Position numbers and translations under genes: made by a program. DNA of 58,096 bases, filler included, from Ionaspis alba (taxonomy: Eukaryota), in NCBI GenBank assembly GCA_964255285.1. It is 4 parts of 4 records of this genome, joined end to end, with 100 filler letters (N's around TTAATTAATTAA, not from the genome) between each part and the next. Parts side by side here need not be neighbours in the genome. Positions count along the whole stretch, not along the records: positions 29,177 to 43,594 come from CAXUUL010000420.1; positions 43,695 to 58,096 come from CAXUUL010000421.1; 2 more parts are not named here. One strand, written 5' to 3'. Positions 38,751 through 54,873 of this stretch are shown piece after piece. Position 1 is the stretch's first letter. Each line of letters starts with the position of its first letter. The notes under the pieces were generated by a model. The model was given only the letters and a program-made list of their open reading frames with translations. It was not told the origin of the DNA and made no database searches.

Positions 38751-39919
38751 ATGAAGCTGTTCTTCTCATCTCTAATAATCTGTATCGCAGCAATTCTCCT
38801 CCACACAGAGACAAAGCTGGCATCGCGACTCTCCTCATACCTCTGGAGAACCGCATCTAGCTCATTCACACAGCAGAACTACACCCAGACCTCTAATATC
38901 TTCAATACCCTGCCTTTCACCCCTCCCGCTCTTTTCGCCTCTCGCAAAGCCAGTAACATGACCACTTCCCGCAAAATCAAGCAAGCCTTCCTGGCAATTG
39001 AACAGAGCGAAGGTGCTGGGGCTCGAGTCCGTCGAAGCATTGGCACTGCCAAACTTCGCAACTTCTCTCCATTTCTCATGCTCGACCATTTCACCATTCA
39101 TCCTGGCGCTGGCTTTCCTGATCACCCACATCGCGGACAAGAAACTATTACATACATACTAGAAGGGGCTGCGGATCATGAAGACTTTGCAGGCAACAAA
39201 GGAACAATCGGTGCTGGCGACCTGCAGTTCATGACCGCCGGTCGTGGAATCATGCACGCCGAGATGCCAAATCAAGGCTTTAGCGACAACGTTGGCATGC
39301 AATTATGGGTGGACCTACCCGCGAAGCTAAAGAAATGCGAGCCTCGATATCGCGATCTGAGAGCCTCGGAAATTCCGACTATCAAGGTTAATAATGATAA
39401 TGTGACTATCAAGATCATCAGTGGCAGAAGTCATGGCACGGACAGCGTTAAGGAGCTAGCATACACACCGGTATGGATCTTCGACATCGAGATCAAGCCA
39501 GGTGGAAAAGTGACACAAGAACTGCCTGTCGGGTGGAACGCTTTTGCCTACACACTGCAAGGAGACATGGCCTTTGGTGTGGGGAAGGATCAGACCACCG
39601 TCGGAAAATACCACAATGTTGTATTCGAGCAGGAGGGAGATTCTGTCAGTATCGAGGTTGATAAGAACGCCAAGGAATTGGCCAAGTTTAGTAAGAATTC
39701 CCCATCCACCGAGATCTCTTGTTCCATTGACTGACTGTCGAATTTCTAGTACTTGTTGCAGGACTGCCCCTTGACCAGAAGGTCGTTCAATATGGACCCT
39801 TCGTTCTCAATACCCAAGAGGAGGTTTACCAGGCCATGATGGATTACCAAACACATTCGAATGGATTCGAGAGAGCCAAGAATTGGCAGAGTGAGATCGG
39901 CAAATCGATGGTGCACTAA
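38751..39919 (+). CDS. Pirin (cupin) family protein
   Basis: EGAGARVRRSIG, PFLMLDHF, GFPDHPHRGQET, MTAGRGIMHAE, QLWVDLP and VVQYGPFV motifs. Intron 39691-39749. Alternative ATG at 38958. Confidence 0.95.
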
Positions 39920-39925
39920 GTGCCA

Positions 39926-40025
39926 NNNNNNNNNNNNNNNNNNNNNNNNNNNNNNNNNNNNNNNNNNNNNNNNNNNNNNNNNNNNNNNNNNNNNNNNNNN
40001 NNNNNNNNNNNNNNNNNNNNNNNNN
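39926..40025. other. Assembly gap (100 N)
   Basis: Run of N that removes the 3' end of the bL21 gene. Confidence 0.97.
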
Positions 40026-40656
40026 CCGCCACTCTCAAAACTGTAAATCGCATCTTCGCCTTCTTCGTCCTGACTCTCCTATTTCTCCTTGTGGTTTTCT
40101 CAATGAAGCGCATCGGTTCCGACTCCGTCCCCACAACCGTTGCTCGGCACTCGAACAGTCTCTCATCGATATATGGTGCCCCGCGCATGGTGTAGTCGCG
40201 ACTGCCAATGGTAGAGGCACGGTTGAGCCGCAGGATATCGCCGGGTCTAACAACGGGCATATGGAAGGGAAGACGGATTGTGTCGCCGGCGGTGATGAGG
40301 TAGGGTCGGGCGTGGATGTGAGCGGTCATGTAGTGATTGGGCTGAGCGCGGAGAAGAGGGAGGAGAGTGCGGAGGGTGGGGGAAGGATCCGTGGTGGGTA
40401 TTTTCGCTGATGGGACAGCGGAGGAAGAAGACGGTGTAGAAGTGGCATTGTAGGTCTGCAAGGTTCCTGGACTCTGCGAATGCGATATAGCCCGTGGTGA
40501 TTGAGATGAATGGAAGGGTTGTGGTGGAGGATTTGATTCAATGAAGTTCGGTGTGGTTGTGAGTCGAGCTCGCAAAGGGAGGAGGAAGGTGGGAGGGAGG
40601 ACGGCATATTGCCATGGAGTATCGAGCACTGCTCGCTGTAATTGTCGACTGATCAT
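40026..40656 (-). CDS. MRPL49: Mitochondrial ribosomal protein bL21m; 3' partial
   Basis: Presequence-like N-terminus; HIHARPYLITAGDTIRLPF..GSRDYTMRG..KTTRRNRRVR..FTVLRV L21 motifs. Confidence 0.85.
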
Positions 40657-41008
40657 TTCGCTGGTGATGAATTGTTGGATTTGTGCTCGTTGTCAGGTAG
40701 CATCACTCTAAAACTCATGACCCTTGTACACGCCTTGTTCCCCAATAAGCGAGCTTTGATTGCTGCCAAACAGTAAACGATCCAAACAAAACAAAGCTCC
40801 GAGCCAAGATTTTACACCTTTTTCCAGGACGTGGTGAAGCTACAATTATGTGGAGGGCAGACATGTGAGGGATTGTGCTTTTTTTGAAGAAGTGCAGCAG
40901 AGTTATTTGAAGGTAAAGCGGTTGCGCTCATCTAAATTGTATTGAATTTTGGCCATTATTCTATCGAAGAAACCTTGGATTAAACTATACAAGGCTATCA
41001 AGCATCCT

Positions 41009-43295
41009 TTATATTCCCAAGAAGAGAAGGATGATTATCGCGAGCAGGCATGGAAGACCAATGCCGAGGCCGACACTCAGAGATACCCTGGTGCTCTGGT
41101 CCAGTTGTGTTTTCGTAATTATTGCCCATAGGACTGGCGCCAGCACCGAAAGCAGAATCGTATGGGAGCCATATACTATCGTCCACTCGTCGACATCTTC
41201 TATAATGATAGCCCACAGCAGAAGTAGACACGGCAAACCGACACCGATACCCACAGAAATGCTGATTTTCTCGCTATAGGATAGTGGCGCGTACCTGAGT
41301 ATCGCCCATATGGAGACACCGACGCAAGTCGCAAGGCATGCTAAACTGAACACAATCTTCTTAATATTGTACCAGCCGTTGTCCAGTATAACTGCCCAAA
41401 TGATGATGAAAGCTAAAAGGCCCACTGCAAATCCAACTCCGATGGAAATTCGGTCGCCACGTGACAAGGCCGCCTTTGTCGCAATGGCCCAAATTCCTAC
41501 GATTGTGGCTGTAGTCAGTACGATTGAGCCGGAGGTGACCAGTCCTTGTGTACTAAAGAGGAAAGTAATGGCCGCTATCAGTGAACGGCCAATTTCTTTG
41601 GTGTAGTACGTGAAGAGTAGACTACCCCGACTGATGTTGCGAGCAGTGTGATTGATGCTTATTGTCTGCAAGTATTCCGGACTCCGCGATAATGCAAGTG
41701 TAATCTCGCTAGCGTACCTAGCCAGGTATGTGAGTAGCATGATGACTATGGAGACGATAATCCAGATCCAGGTCCGCAATGAATCTTGCCATTCCTTAAT
41801 ACAGTAGGTCAGCAAGATCCACATTCATCACAAATACGAGTAGATATGCATACAATGATGTTCATACCAAATATCGATGCAGAGAGCGTCAAAGGTATGA
41901 AGAAAAACGCCAAGTTCGTCAACTTTGAGATTGTTTCTGCTTGTGCAATAGCCTTCTGACTCTCAACGATAGCCATAGTGGCCATAATGGCTTGAAAGGT
42001 AGCTCCTACCCGCTCCGTGAGACCTTTCACTTCCAGAGCAAGCTTGTCAAATTCTGCTTGGAGTGGTGGTCGAACAATACTTTTGTTCCGCATAAGTCTG
42101 TTAGTATCACCAGATGAAACCGCGCGTTTAGTGTCAAGGTCTGGCTCCTGAAGTAAAGCTTCGGCCACATATGCGATGGAGCTGATGTCGTTTGAAGAAG
42201 TCTTTTTCCATTGGCCAAGAAGGCTGCGCCAGTCCTGTAAGGAGCTGCGTAGAACAAGGTCGTTTGCCATGTATTCATCTATGGTATCCAAGGCTTCCCT
42301 GAAATCAAACATGATATCCAGGTGATCATCTAAGATAAATCGAAGAATGACATCCCGAATACTACGCACAGGGGTCTCCGTTAAGGCTGCGAAATTCGCG
42401 GCGAGCAACAACTGCTCTCTAAAGCGTGATCGAGAGGATTGAAATTGCGTGAAACAATCTTGGAGAGTATCTTCAGAAGGCTTAGCCCTTTTTTTCTGCT
42501 TAGACTGCCGGTATCTTTTTTGTTGTATGCGTATTTTGCGGGGTGAGTCAAACACAAGAATACCTAACGTAACGTCAATTCAGCAAACACAAGTCATTGG
42601 TGATAGCTAGACGTTGTAAGATCTAGTGGGTATGATATTACCTATGAGACCATCATCAACCGATATGTAAAAACAGGAGATGCATTCCCCAATGGCCTGT
42701 CTGACGTACTGCTTGTCTGTCCGACAGGATTCAAGAGAGCTACACGGACGTTGGATGCCAGATGGTCTGTCGTAACGGTCATGATCTAATCCTATGTCTT
42801 TAGGATCTGTAATTATGTTCAAACTCCATGGCCGTCCCTTGGATATTCTGTCTTCGATATCCCATTGCTGACGAGACTGGTAGACACGACGAGACCACTT
42901 GCCAAAAAAGTAATTGCTGCCAAGACCAGACCGATTATATGGCAGAACATTCAGATAGTGGCAGCGAAAGAAGTTCCGGTCAACATTCGAGAAATACTGG
43001 AGCGTGTCAAATGCGAGGCCTTCAACGAGGAAAAGGCGAACAGCAACAGATTCTGGAAGCGCTGATGGGTCTTCCACATCTGACACACACGCACAGCTTC
43101 CCATTGCGAGGATCCTGAGCGAAATTCCACTACGTCTATGTGAGCGTGTTCATCCAATTGCTTGATCCAGTCATCGACGAGTGAGGGAGTAGACAAGTCT
43201 TTATCTGCAGTATTAACGGCTGAGCTGCCGTCTTGAGCTGCAGTCTTCGGCGTGATATCCAGCCCTCTCTCCAAGTCTTCATTCGGTGGCATCAT
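41009..43295 (-). CDS. CorA-like (GMN motif) fungal membrane protein with extra repeated TM module; apparent 5' frameshift
   Basis: Introns 42641-42564 and 41853-41795. ESQKAIAQAETISKLTNLAFFFIPLTLSASIFGMN is the CorA-type signature. The frame changes at the (AC)4 tract 43083-43090. Confidence 0.75.
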
Positions 43296-43594
43296 CAGGG
43301 GAAGATAGCTTCGCAAGCGGTGACGGAGTCTGTATTACAGCGACTAAGTACACTGACACATCTTTTGCGTATAAGTAGATGAGTGAGATCCCGAAAGGAT
43401 AGCTTGTTAAAGGTTATTGAAAGAGAGCAGGCCAGCTGAGCCAACCAACCACCCTGTGGCAATATCTCAGCTTTCTTATACTATCAGAAGGCAGAAGGCT
43501 GAAGGCGGAGGCAAAGGATCAGCATCATCCCGATGAAGAATTGGATTGGTGCTTTCGCCATGCTGTATGACGCATACACTGATAGCCTGGCAGC

Positions 43595-43694
43595 NNNNNN
43601 NNNNNNNNNNNNNNNNNNNNNNNNNNNNNNNNNNNNNNTTAATTAATTAANNNNNNNNNNNNNNNNNNNNNNNNNNNNNNNNNNNNNNNNNNNN
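43595..43694. other. Artificial scaffold linker
   Basis: N44-TTAATTAATTAA-N44. Confidence 0.97.
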
Positions 43695-46600
43695 CCCCCA
43701 CTCCACCCCTTCCCCCTCTTAAACACCTCCGCCAAGCCACCCGCCAATTCCACAGCCCTCTCCTCATACTCCGTCTCTCCACCCACCACCAAATCCCTCC
43801 AAGCCTCCTCTCCCACCTCCCCTCTAGGTAAGGCGCCCCGGAGAATACTCGCCGCCATGCGGCTGCACATTTTATAATCGTACCTCGGGAACGTGAGGAG
43901 CGGTGTTCCAGACCAGAGCACGTCAGCTGCGGTGGTATGGGCGTTGCATTCGGGGGTGTCGAGGAAGAGATCGCAGACGCGGGCACGGGAAATGTGCTGG
44001 TGTTTGGGAGCAACGTCAGTGAAGAGGAGACGGGAGGCGACGGCTTCGCCGGCCCAGTGGAGGGCGGTGGCGCGTAGATTAGCTTCGCCGAGGTCGGGAA
44101 AGCGGAGTAGCCAGAGGACGGCGGTGGGGAGGTGCATGAGGATGCGGAGCCAGGTGCGGAATGTGGTGGGGTCGATCTGTTGGTAAGAGAGGGCGAAGTC
44201 AGCTTAAGCAAGGGGAAAAGTGGAAACGGGATTCTGGAAAGGGTAGGGACATAGAGTATTGAAAATATCTTACCTTGTAGAGCTGATTGAAATTTCCCAA
44301 GATAACAGCATCGTCAGCCAAATCCGGAAAAAGCTCCTTGCGCATACGTCTCCGTCTCTTCTGCTCGTCCGCCCAGCTGAGCTGCGGCTCCAGTGCGTCA
44401 GGGGCACTCTGCCGGTGATCACAGCAGAAGAAGGTATCGCGGGTGTAGATGATGTTCTCGCCATAGACCCAATCAGAGTGCTCGTCGTTATGATTGCCAT
44501 CGCGCATCTGATCCAGTACATCGACGTTGCTGCGGAAGGGTCGGAGTGTCGATCGCGGAATGGAAATTGTATCGGCGAGGAGATAGTCGCACCATTCGGC
44601 ACCCAGAGTGCCCGCGAAGCCCATGAAGGACATTTGAATCGGCGCGGGGCGGGCGGCGAAGACTTCGTTGCGGGCGCCCCGGGTGTAGCCGTTTAGGTTG
44701 ATGAGGATGTGGATGCCGTCGTCAACGATCTGCTTGACGAGACGGTCGACGGGCCACGAGGAGACATCGTGGAAGACGGGAGCTTCGCGTTGGATTTGCT
44801 CACGGTGAATGGAGTTGTCGCTGGCGGTGGTAGCGTAGCAGAAGGCTTTGACGCGCGAGGAGTTGTGGAAGCCGAAGACGGATTGCATGAGATGTGCTAG
44901 AGGGTGGTTGTTGAAGTCTGAAGACACGTAGCCCACGTTGAGGTATGGTTTTGGAGGTGCTGGAGGGTCGAAGACTCGCGACGGAAGCCAGGGGGCACGT
45001 AAAGTTGAACAAGATATCCTTAGTCCATTGCGTTGAGAGATCTTGCGGATTTGCTTAGCGGTCAAAGGACACGTGAAAGTATGGAATGGTAAGACCGTGG
45101 GAGCACTCGGAATCGCCAGAGCTGCAGGCAGTTGAGGTCGAGTATAGCTCTTTCTCAGGTCCGTCCTCTTGTTGACATATTTGTCCTGGTATAGCTGCCA
45201 ACCGAGTCGTTTAGTTGCTCGCTCAACCAGTCGAACAACTTTTGCTCCCTCCCAATTATCACCTGCCCAGTCTGCTAATGCTAATGAAACGGCTGTCGAG
45301 TCTTTCTGACCATGTCTTATCACACTCTCGGACAGCTGGCATTGAGACAGTAGTTGTTCGGTACCAACAGTTTGTAAAACACCTCGTCCCCAAGATCTCC
45401 CGTCGTTTAGTTGCTTGTCAACGATTCGGACAACCCGTCCAATCCATCCAGAGCTTTCGATGTACGGTACTCCGGCGTCTAGCAGCATACCTTGATCATC
45501 CACATGCCAACGATCATGCTTGCCGCCATTATAAACTATTCCACCACGTCCCTTCCAGCTGCAGACGGAATTCAGGGCATTTGCAAGACCACAGACAGCT
45601 TCCGCAAAGTCGGGATTCGATGAAACAGCTCTCTTGTAATACTCAATTGCATCACTGATTCTGCCTTGGTCCTTCACAGCATTCGCCAGATTCGCCAAGG
45701 CAATGTCGAAATTGCCATCACAAGAGACAGCTTGCTCGTACATCTTTATAGCGGCCGCGAGCTGCCCGATGTCTTTCAACAGACTGCCGAGATTGGTATA
45801 CAAGTGGGCATGGCGAGAGTCGAGGTTGAGACCATAGTTGTAGTATGCCAGAGCCAAAGCAATACCGCTTCCAGGCACAACGCCAGGTATAGTAGGAGCC
45901 TGCAAGGTATGCGCATCGACTATCCTTCTTTGAGGCGCAGATTGTTGGACACTAGCAAGTAGGATACCGACGTTGTTGGCTGTAGAAGGGCTCGGTTGAA
46001 GGGATAGTGACAGATAATACAAAGCGAGAATGTCTTGAACACCTGATGTAGCTTTTGGACTGCCAGCAGTTGCTCCACTCGAAGACATGCCATCCTGATA
46101 TATCTTGGCAAGAGATAACAAGGAATTACTCGTGGTTGAGATTGCCGCTCTCTTGGCTTGCCCGTCTGCCACGTCTCGTAGACCAGGAAGTTCCCCAGAG
46201 GTTGGGAATACAAGAGCGGCAGTTTTCAAAGCCAGTTCTGGTAACAGGAGAATCGACTCGCAGTCTCCCGCGTCGTGATTGGGATCGTTTCCTTGGACCA
46301 TCTCTTCCGCAAAGACACAGAGGATTTGCCTAATCAATCCTTTGATCCCATCAGGTCTCCTGCCAGCACCAATCATGATAGCGTCCTCGAATGACTTGGC
46401 TGCACCGAGATTGTCTCCTAGAGCATAAAGCAAATTTCCTTTGGCATGTATCAGAGCGACCATCCTTCCATTATCCGATGCAGGGATTTTGAAGCCACTC
46501 GACCCGAACCCTTTGAGCTTCTGGGACTGGTATAGTGAACTGGCGTCCGGAGTGAATACTCCAAGCTCGAACGCATAGTTGTCCCCATCATAGTGACCGT

Positions 46601-48770
46601 CGGTGAAGTTGGGTGTACAACTATCATCTTCTATCCTGAGTGACTTCTCGACAAAGTCAATAATCTTCACAGCTTCTCGGCCACGTTGATCCCCACACAG
46701 GAGCCCAACTAGATGTTCCACTGCTTCGAAATAGCTAGGTCGAAGTCTAACAGATCGAAGCCAGTGAGACTCCGCCTCTTTTCGTCGATTAAGGGAAAGG
46801 AGTGTGGCCGCAGTGTTCGAGATTGCTTCGGCATTACTAGGTATTGTCAGCAATGAATTCTGTGCACAGGGCATTCAACTCTGACGGAAGACGTACTTTG
46901 GATCGCACACCATGACTTTCGAATACCATTGCAAAGCTTCTTCATAATCTCCCAAGCCGTAAGCTAGACAACCTCCTAGAAGGATACCATCAGTCCATTC
47001 CCAGCCGCTTTCTTGAGACAGACGAGCAAGCATCTCAAGTGCAGCTCTTGCATCTGTTATTGGGTCATGTCGTTGGTGGGTAGGACTGAATGTGCCCGGA
47101 GTGAATGGAGAAGGGGGATTTGCATATACTGTAGACAGAGGATGGTTCAGCTGAAGTTGCTGATGACGAGGAAGCCGTGCACCTCTGCTGTAGTGTTCGT
47201 GATACATCTGACCTGGTTTGGAGTACGGCCATTTAAAGTCGCTAGTTTCGACCGCCCTAGCCTTCAAATGAGGTTTAGGATGGTCGAGGAAATGTGCAGG
47301 AGAGGAGGTTCTATCGTAATCGGTGGGTGGAAACACTCCGGGTCGCTGAGGATCGATCCTGTTGTTGTTCTCGAGAGTTCGATCATTACTCAGATCCGGG
47401 AGTGGAGGTTTGAGAACAATAGTAGACTGTAAATTCTGCCTTTCCCCTGAACGATGCTTATTGTGATTGTGATTGTTGTTGTTGTTGTTTTTCCTCGAAC
47501 GTTGAATAGAAGCCAGCAAGTTAAGGTAAATGCGATGTGCCCAGACCAAGACCCGTTCTTTGAACTGAAGATTGCTGACAGGCAGACCATTTTCCATGGG
47601 CGATTGTGCTATCGTCGGGCCAGGTGAGGGAACAGAAGACCATCCCACTCCGTGAAGGAGGTTGGTAGGATATCCCAAAGGTATGCCTTTATTGCGGTGC
47701 TCAAGGAATGGGGGTTGTATCTGCCCATTTACATTCCCTCCCAATGAGTAGGCTGGCGCATGCTTTTTCACAGTGTGATCGTTTTGCGCAAACGAGAAGC
47801 TTTCTATAGCTTGATCATCGAATCTTCGTGTGGACCATTGTTCCTGTCGTCCTGATTCACGATTTCCTCGAGGCAGATGGTTTGAGATGTTAGTTGGAGT
47901 GGCACGATCTTGCGTATTCGGCTGCGCGTCAAGAGGGTCATTAATGGAAAAATTGGCAAATTGAGAATGAAATCGACCATCTCGTAGAGCAGCCGGGCGG
48001 TACGGCTCATAACAGCCATTTGGCCAGTATGGGCCGTAGGGACCCTGAGGATGCGATGCCGTTGGCCCGACACAAGGTGGCCACATAGGCTGAAGCACAG
48101 TCGGCACCTGCTGAAAGCCTCCATGGTGATAGAAGTGCTGAGGCCCTGGACCTTGTTGTAGCACAGAATCAAGACTCGGTGGTAGTGGGCCCGTGGTGCC
48201 CCACGGGCCTCGCCCTAGGTCACCTCCGAATGTGAAGTCGCATCCATGCCTTTCTCGAGGTATTGTAATGTTCTTTTCCCATGGATGATATTGGACTTCA
48301 TGGGTCCCTCGTTGAGGATCTATTGATGAGAGGCTGTCTTTTCCGCCAATGGCTGGCGTTTGTTGTGTAAAAGGCGCTGCGGTATCGGAAAGTGGCATCA
48401 GCATGTGCTTGCTGGCGTGCGGCCGTGCTGTCCATTCAACCTGTGTTCCGTCGTATCCTGCCGCCAATGTCCCGTTTGGAGTCTTTCTGCGCAGCATGTG
48501 TTCTGAGGTATCTGGCCTAGGAAGCCAGGAACCGGTGGGTGTTGATTGATTTGAAGATACGAATGGAGTCTGTATGGGTAGAGCATACTGCTGAGGTTTC
48601 TGGAATGTATTTGGTGAGGTGAGGTTGATTGGAACATCTCTTCCCTGCCCTAGTGCTCCTAGGACAGAATCTGATTTCAAATTGTAGATGTCTTGAAGAT
48701 GAGAAGGAGAATCAAGAGGATGCCGGAATTGATGTGGTTGTAGATGATGTGTGGCGCTTGCGAACATCAT
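43695..48770 (-). CDS. OGT: O-GlcNAc transferase-like protein (TPR + GT41); 3' partial
   Basis: Introns 46896-46837 and 44273-44177. TPR repeats, then VGYVSSDFNNHPLAHL, LINLNGYTRGAR, PIQMSFMGFAGTLG, NFNQLYKIDP and FLDTPECNAHTTAADVLWSGTP. Confidence 0.93.
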
Positions 48771-48853
48771 TGTGGAAAGACTCTGCTCGGTCTCTCGTTC
48801 CGGATCTGATAGCGCACGAGGCTCCGGAATGTAGGGAAGGAGATGTCAAACAT
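48767..48853 (-). other. 28-codon upstream ORF whose stop overlaps the OGT start codons
   Basis: ATG at 48853 reads MFDISFPTFRSLVRYQIRNERPSRVFPQ*. Its TGA (48769-48767) lies within ATGATG. Confidence 0.35.
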
Positions 48854-50548
48854 GAGCGAAAAAAGCGACTCAACAATGAGTGGCTCTTGAAGGTCTATTA
48901 TCACGATGACAGTGATAATTCATCGAGATCGGAACGTTCCTACGCCTTTGCGTGTCCTTGTCGGAATGTGCACGCATGACATTCTCCCGATTGTCGAGGA
49001 TTGGAGGAAAGTGATCGTCGACCGGACAGGCACGAGTAAGCGCAGCTCTGTCAACGAATCCGTAGATCCGACGGCGCAGGGCAAATGCAAGCAAGATGAC
49101 AAACGACGGAGCAGACGTCGTCACGTCCCGGAGAAGTATTTAAAGGAAAGGAAATGGAAGAGAAGAGTGAAAAAAGTCTGCTGGCTGTGGATTGTCGTGC
49201 AAAAGTGAGCAGCCACTGGGCTGAACTTTGGAACCTTGAGGCTTGCTCTAGTTCTTGTCGTTGAAGGGTGCACACCTTGGGTAGTCGTCAGATAGGCGTC
49301 CCAGACCCCGGCGAGCATGCAGCTAATCAATGCACAAAGGCGAAGTGCATTCAGCTCGGTGGGATGGAACATCACTCACAGGCTTCCGGTCTTGTGCTGC
49401 AGTGTACCATCACATCAACATGACTTCCCTCTGGACCTTTGTGCTCCCAGTGCTGCGAACGAGGCGATCGAATCGTCCGAGGACAGAGAGCAAAGGATGG
49501 GCCAGGGAGTCTCTGGGGACAGAGGTGTGTGGTGTGTGATTGACGCCTATTGGCGTTGCGGCGTACCGTTAGGGTCTTCCCTCGGCCTGTCAGCCAGCAG
49601 CAAGCCTCCCGAAATGTGATATTGACCGCTGAATGTGACTGAGATGAACAGCCATTCGCTGCCACCGTTCGCTCCCTCGTCGAGTTGCCAGCTATCCCTT
49701 CACTTGCTTCCCTGGATCACATATCCACGCAAGTGAAGGATCATCACGGCATCTTGCACATGGACAAACTGCATGCAATGTATATTCGACTCATGGGATC
49801 ACATGGCTATGCTACATTATATCATTATAGAATGCCTATGTTTGTTGTCGAGGGTCCTTTCCTTGAGAAAATTAAGCTGTCTTCGTCTCAAGATACATTC
49901 CTGCCCTTGTAACGCAGTTCTTCCAGAAACACACGGACTGCCGGGGAGCGGACGTGCAGAAGCGCTAGAGGCACAGCGCATCATGTGCGTGTCATGTGCA
50001 TTCGATGACTTGCCTTACAAACAAACCAAGGAGGTCTCGAGAGGATGCAGAGATTGCCTTGAGAGATGAGGCCACCAATATTACAGAACAACAGGTGCCA
50101 TAAGTTGACCTCGGCAGTGAAAGCAGAGGCAAATTCAAGCTAGAGCCATGGCTTCCGGCAAATTACCAGGAGAGCTCTACAAAACCGCGGGAACCATATA
50201 ATTATTTAGACCGCAGTAGATGGACCCCCGCATCCACTCCAGAAGAATAGGATGCCGTGGTGAGTAGCGGGTCTTCCTCAGAAAGGATATCATATCCTTT
50301 GCACCAAAATAGGCCCAAACCATAGATTGCACCGATCCTCAAGGGAAAGGGGGTAGGGGCCAGAGTGTTGGCAAAGTGGCTCTCATACATTTTGAAGCGC
50401 ATACGTACTGTATTGTATTGTGTTATTCAGTCGCACAGCAGAGATCAAATGGCACATCTTTCGTGACCTCAGGGTTTCACGCTATTGCATGGGTTATGCT
50501 ATGCAAAGCGAATCCATTTTTGGCACATATTGCAAATGAACAGAATTT

Positions 50549-51338
<790 letters not shown>

Positions 51339-51676
51339 GATGGATAAGTTCGAAGAGGTTGTGGATTTGTGGTTGATCGCCCGAAATATTTCTCTCTAAA
51401 TTTAGGGTAGTTTCGGTGGAGTGTGCGAACTAGCGAGCACTAGCCGTGTCCCAATTTACATGGGTCGGTTGTCACTCTCTGCCAAATTCACATTTTCTGA
51501 TCCTGCCGACGAATTTATCCATCGAATATTGTCGCAGCAATTTCCGTTATCTAGTACATTCACTATGTTCCCAGCCATGCTTCTTAATGCTACGCCAGAC
51601 TGACGGATCCCCTTCGTCCGCGGAAAAGTCTATGGTCATGCTCCAATATATCCAGCCAAGACGTCCAATCAACTAC

Positions 51677-54320
<2,644 letters not shown>

Positions 54321-54873
54321 CCTTATTTGTCCACTGCTCCCCCACTGCTACCAGCACTCTGCGTGATATTGGCGATACCGAAAGATAATTGAAATGATCC
54401 TTTTTCGCGGAGGGAAGATGTAAAACTGACTTCTTCAGCCAACTCTGCAGCCTGCAACAATTCTGGTTGGACAGCTTTCGGAGTTTACTTGCCAAATCGC
54501 AATGGCAACGTTTCCAAGAGCTAAGACCATTCAGGTTAGGGCAGCTTTCACGCCGGCGCCGACAGAAGGATTTCCACAGACGTCTTCATCTACAATCAAC
54601 GCCAGTATATAACACATTACTATGGCAATCATTGCTCATCTGTATCATGATTGCTTTCGCGCTGAGCGCAGATGACAACTACCCATGGCTGGGCGCCTGA
54701 CTTCGAAGAGTCGTTCCGACTTTCATGAGAATCTGGGAATCAGCAGAGGTTACATATTTCACCTTGCCAAAAAATTGACAAAAACAGTCTTAATGACTGG
54801 AGCCGCGTCACTTTCAAAGAACTGTTGTCCTATTTAGTGTATAGATTATTCATTAATGGTAGTATTCTATATA

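Noticed and set aside
47459..47490. (TTG)n microsatellite
   Set aside because: Encodes a short Asn/His tract in the disordered OGT N-terminus, which is common.
49200..50540. Short ORFs between OGT and RPL12
   Set aside because: No motifs or consistent splice structure; treated as promoter/terminator DNA. I could not support an ncRNA by eye.
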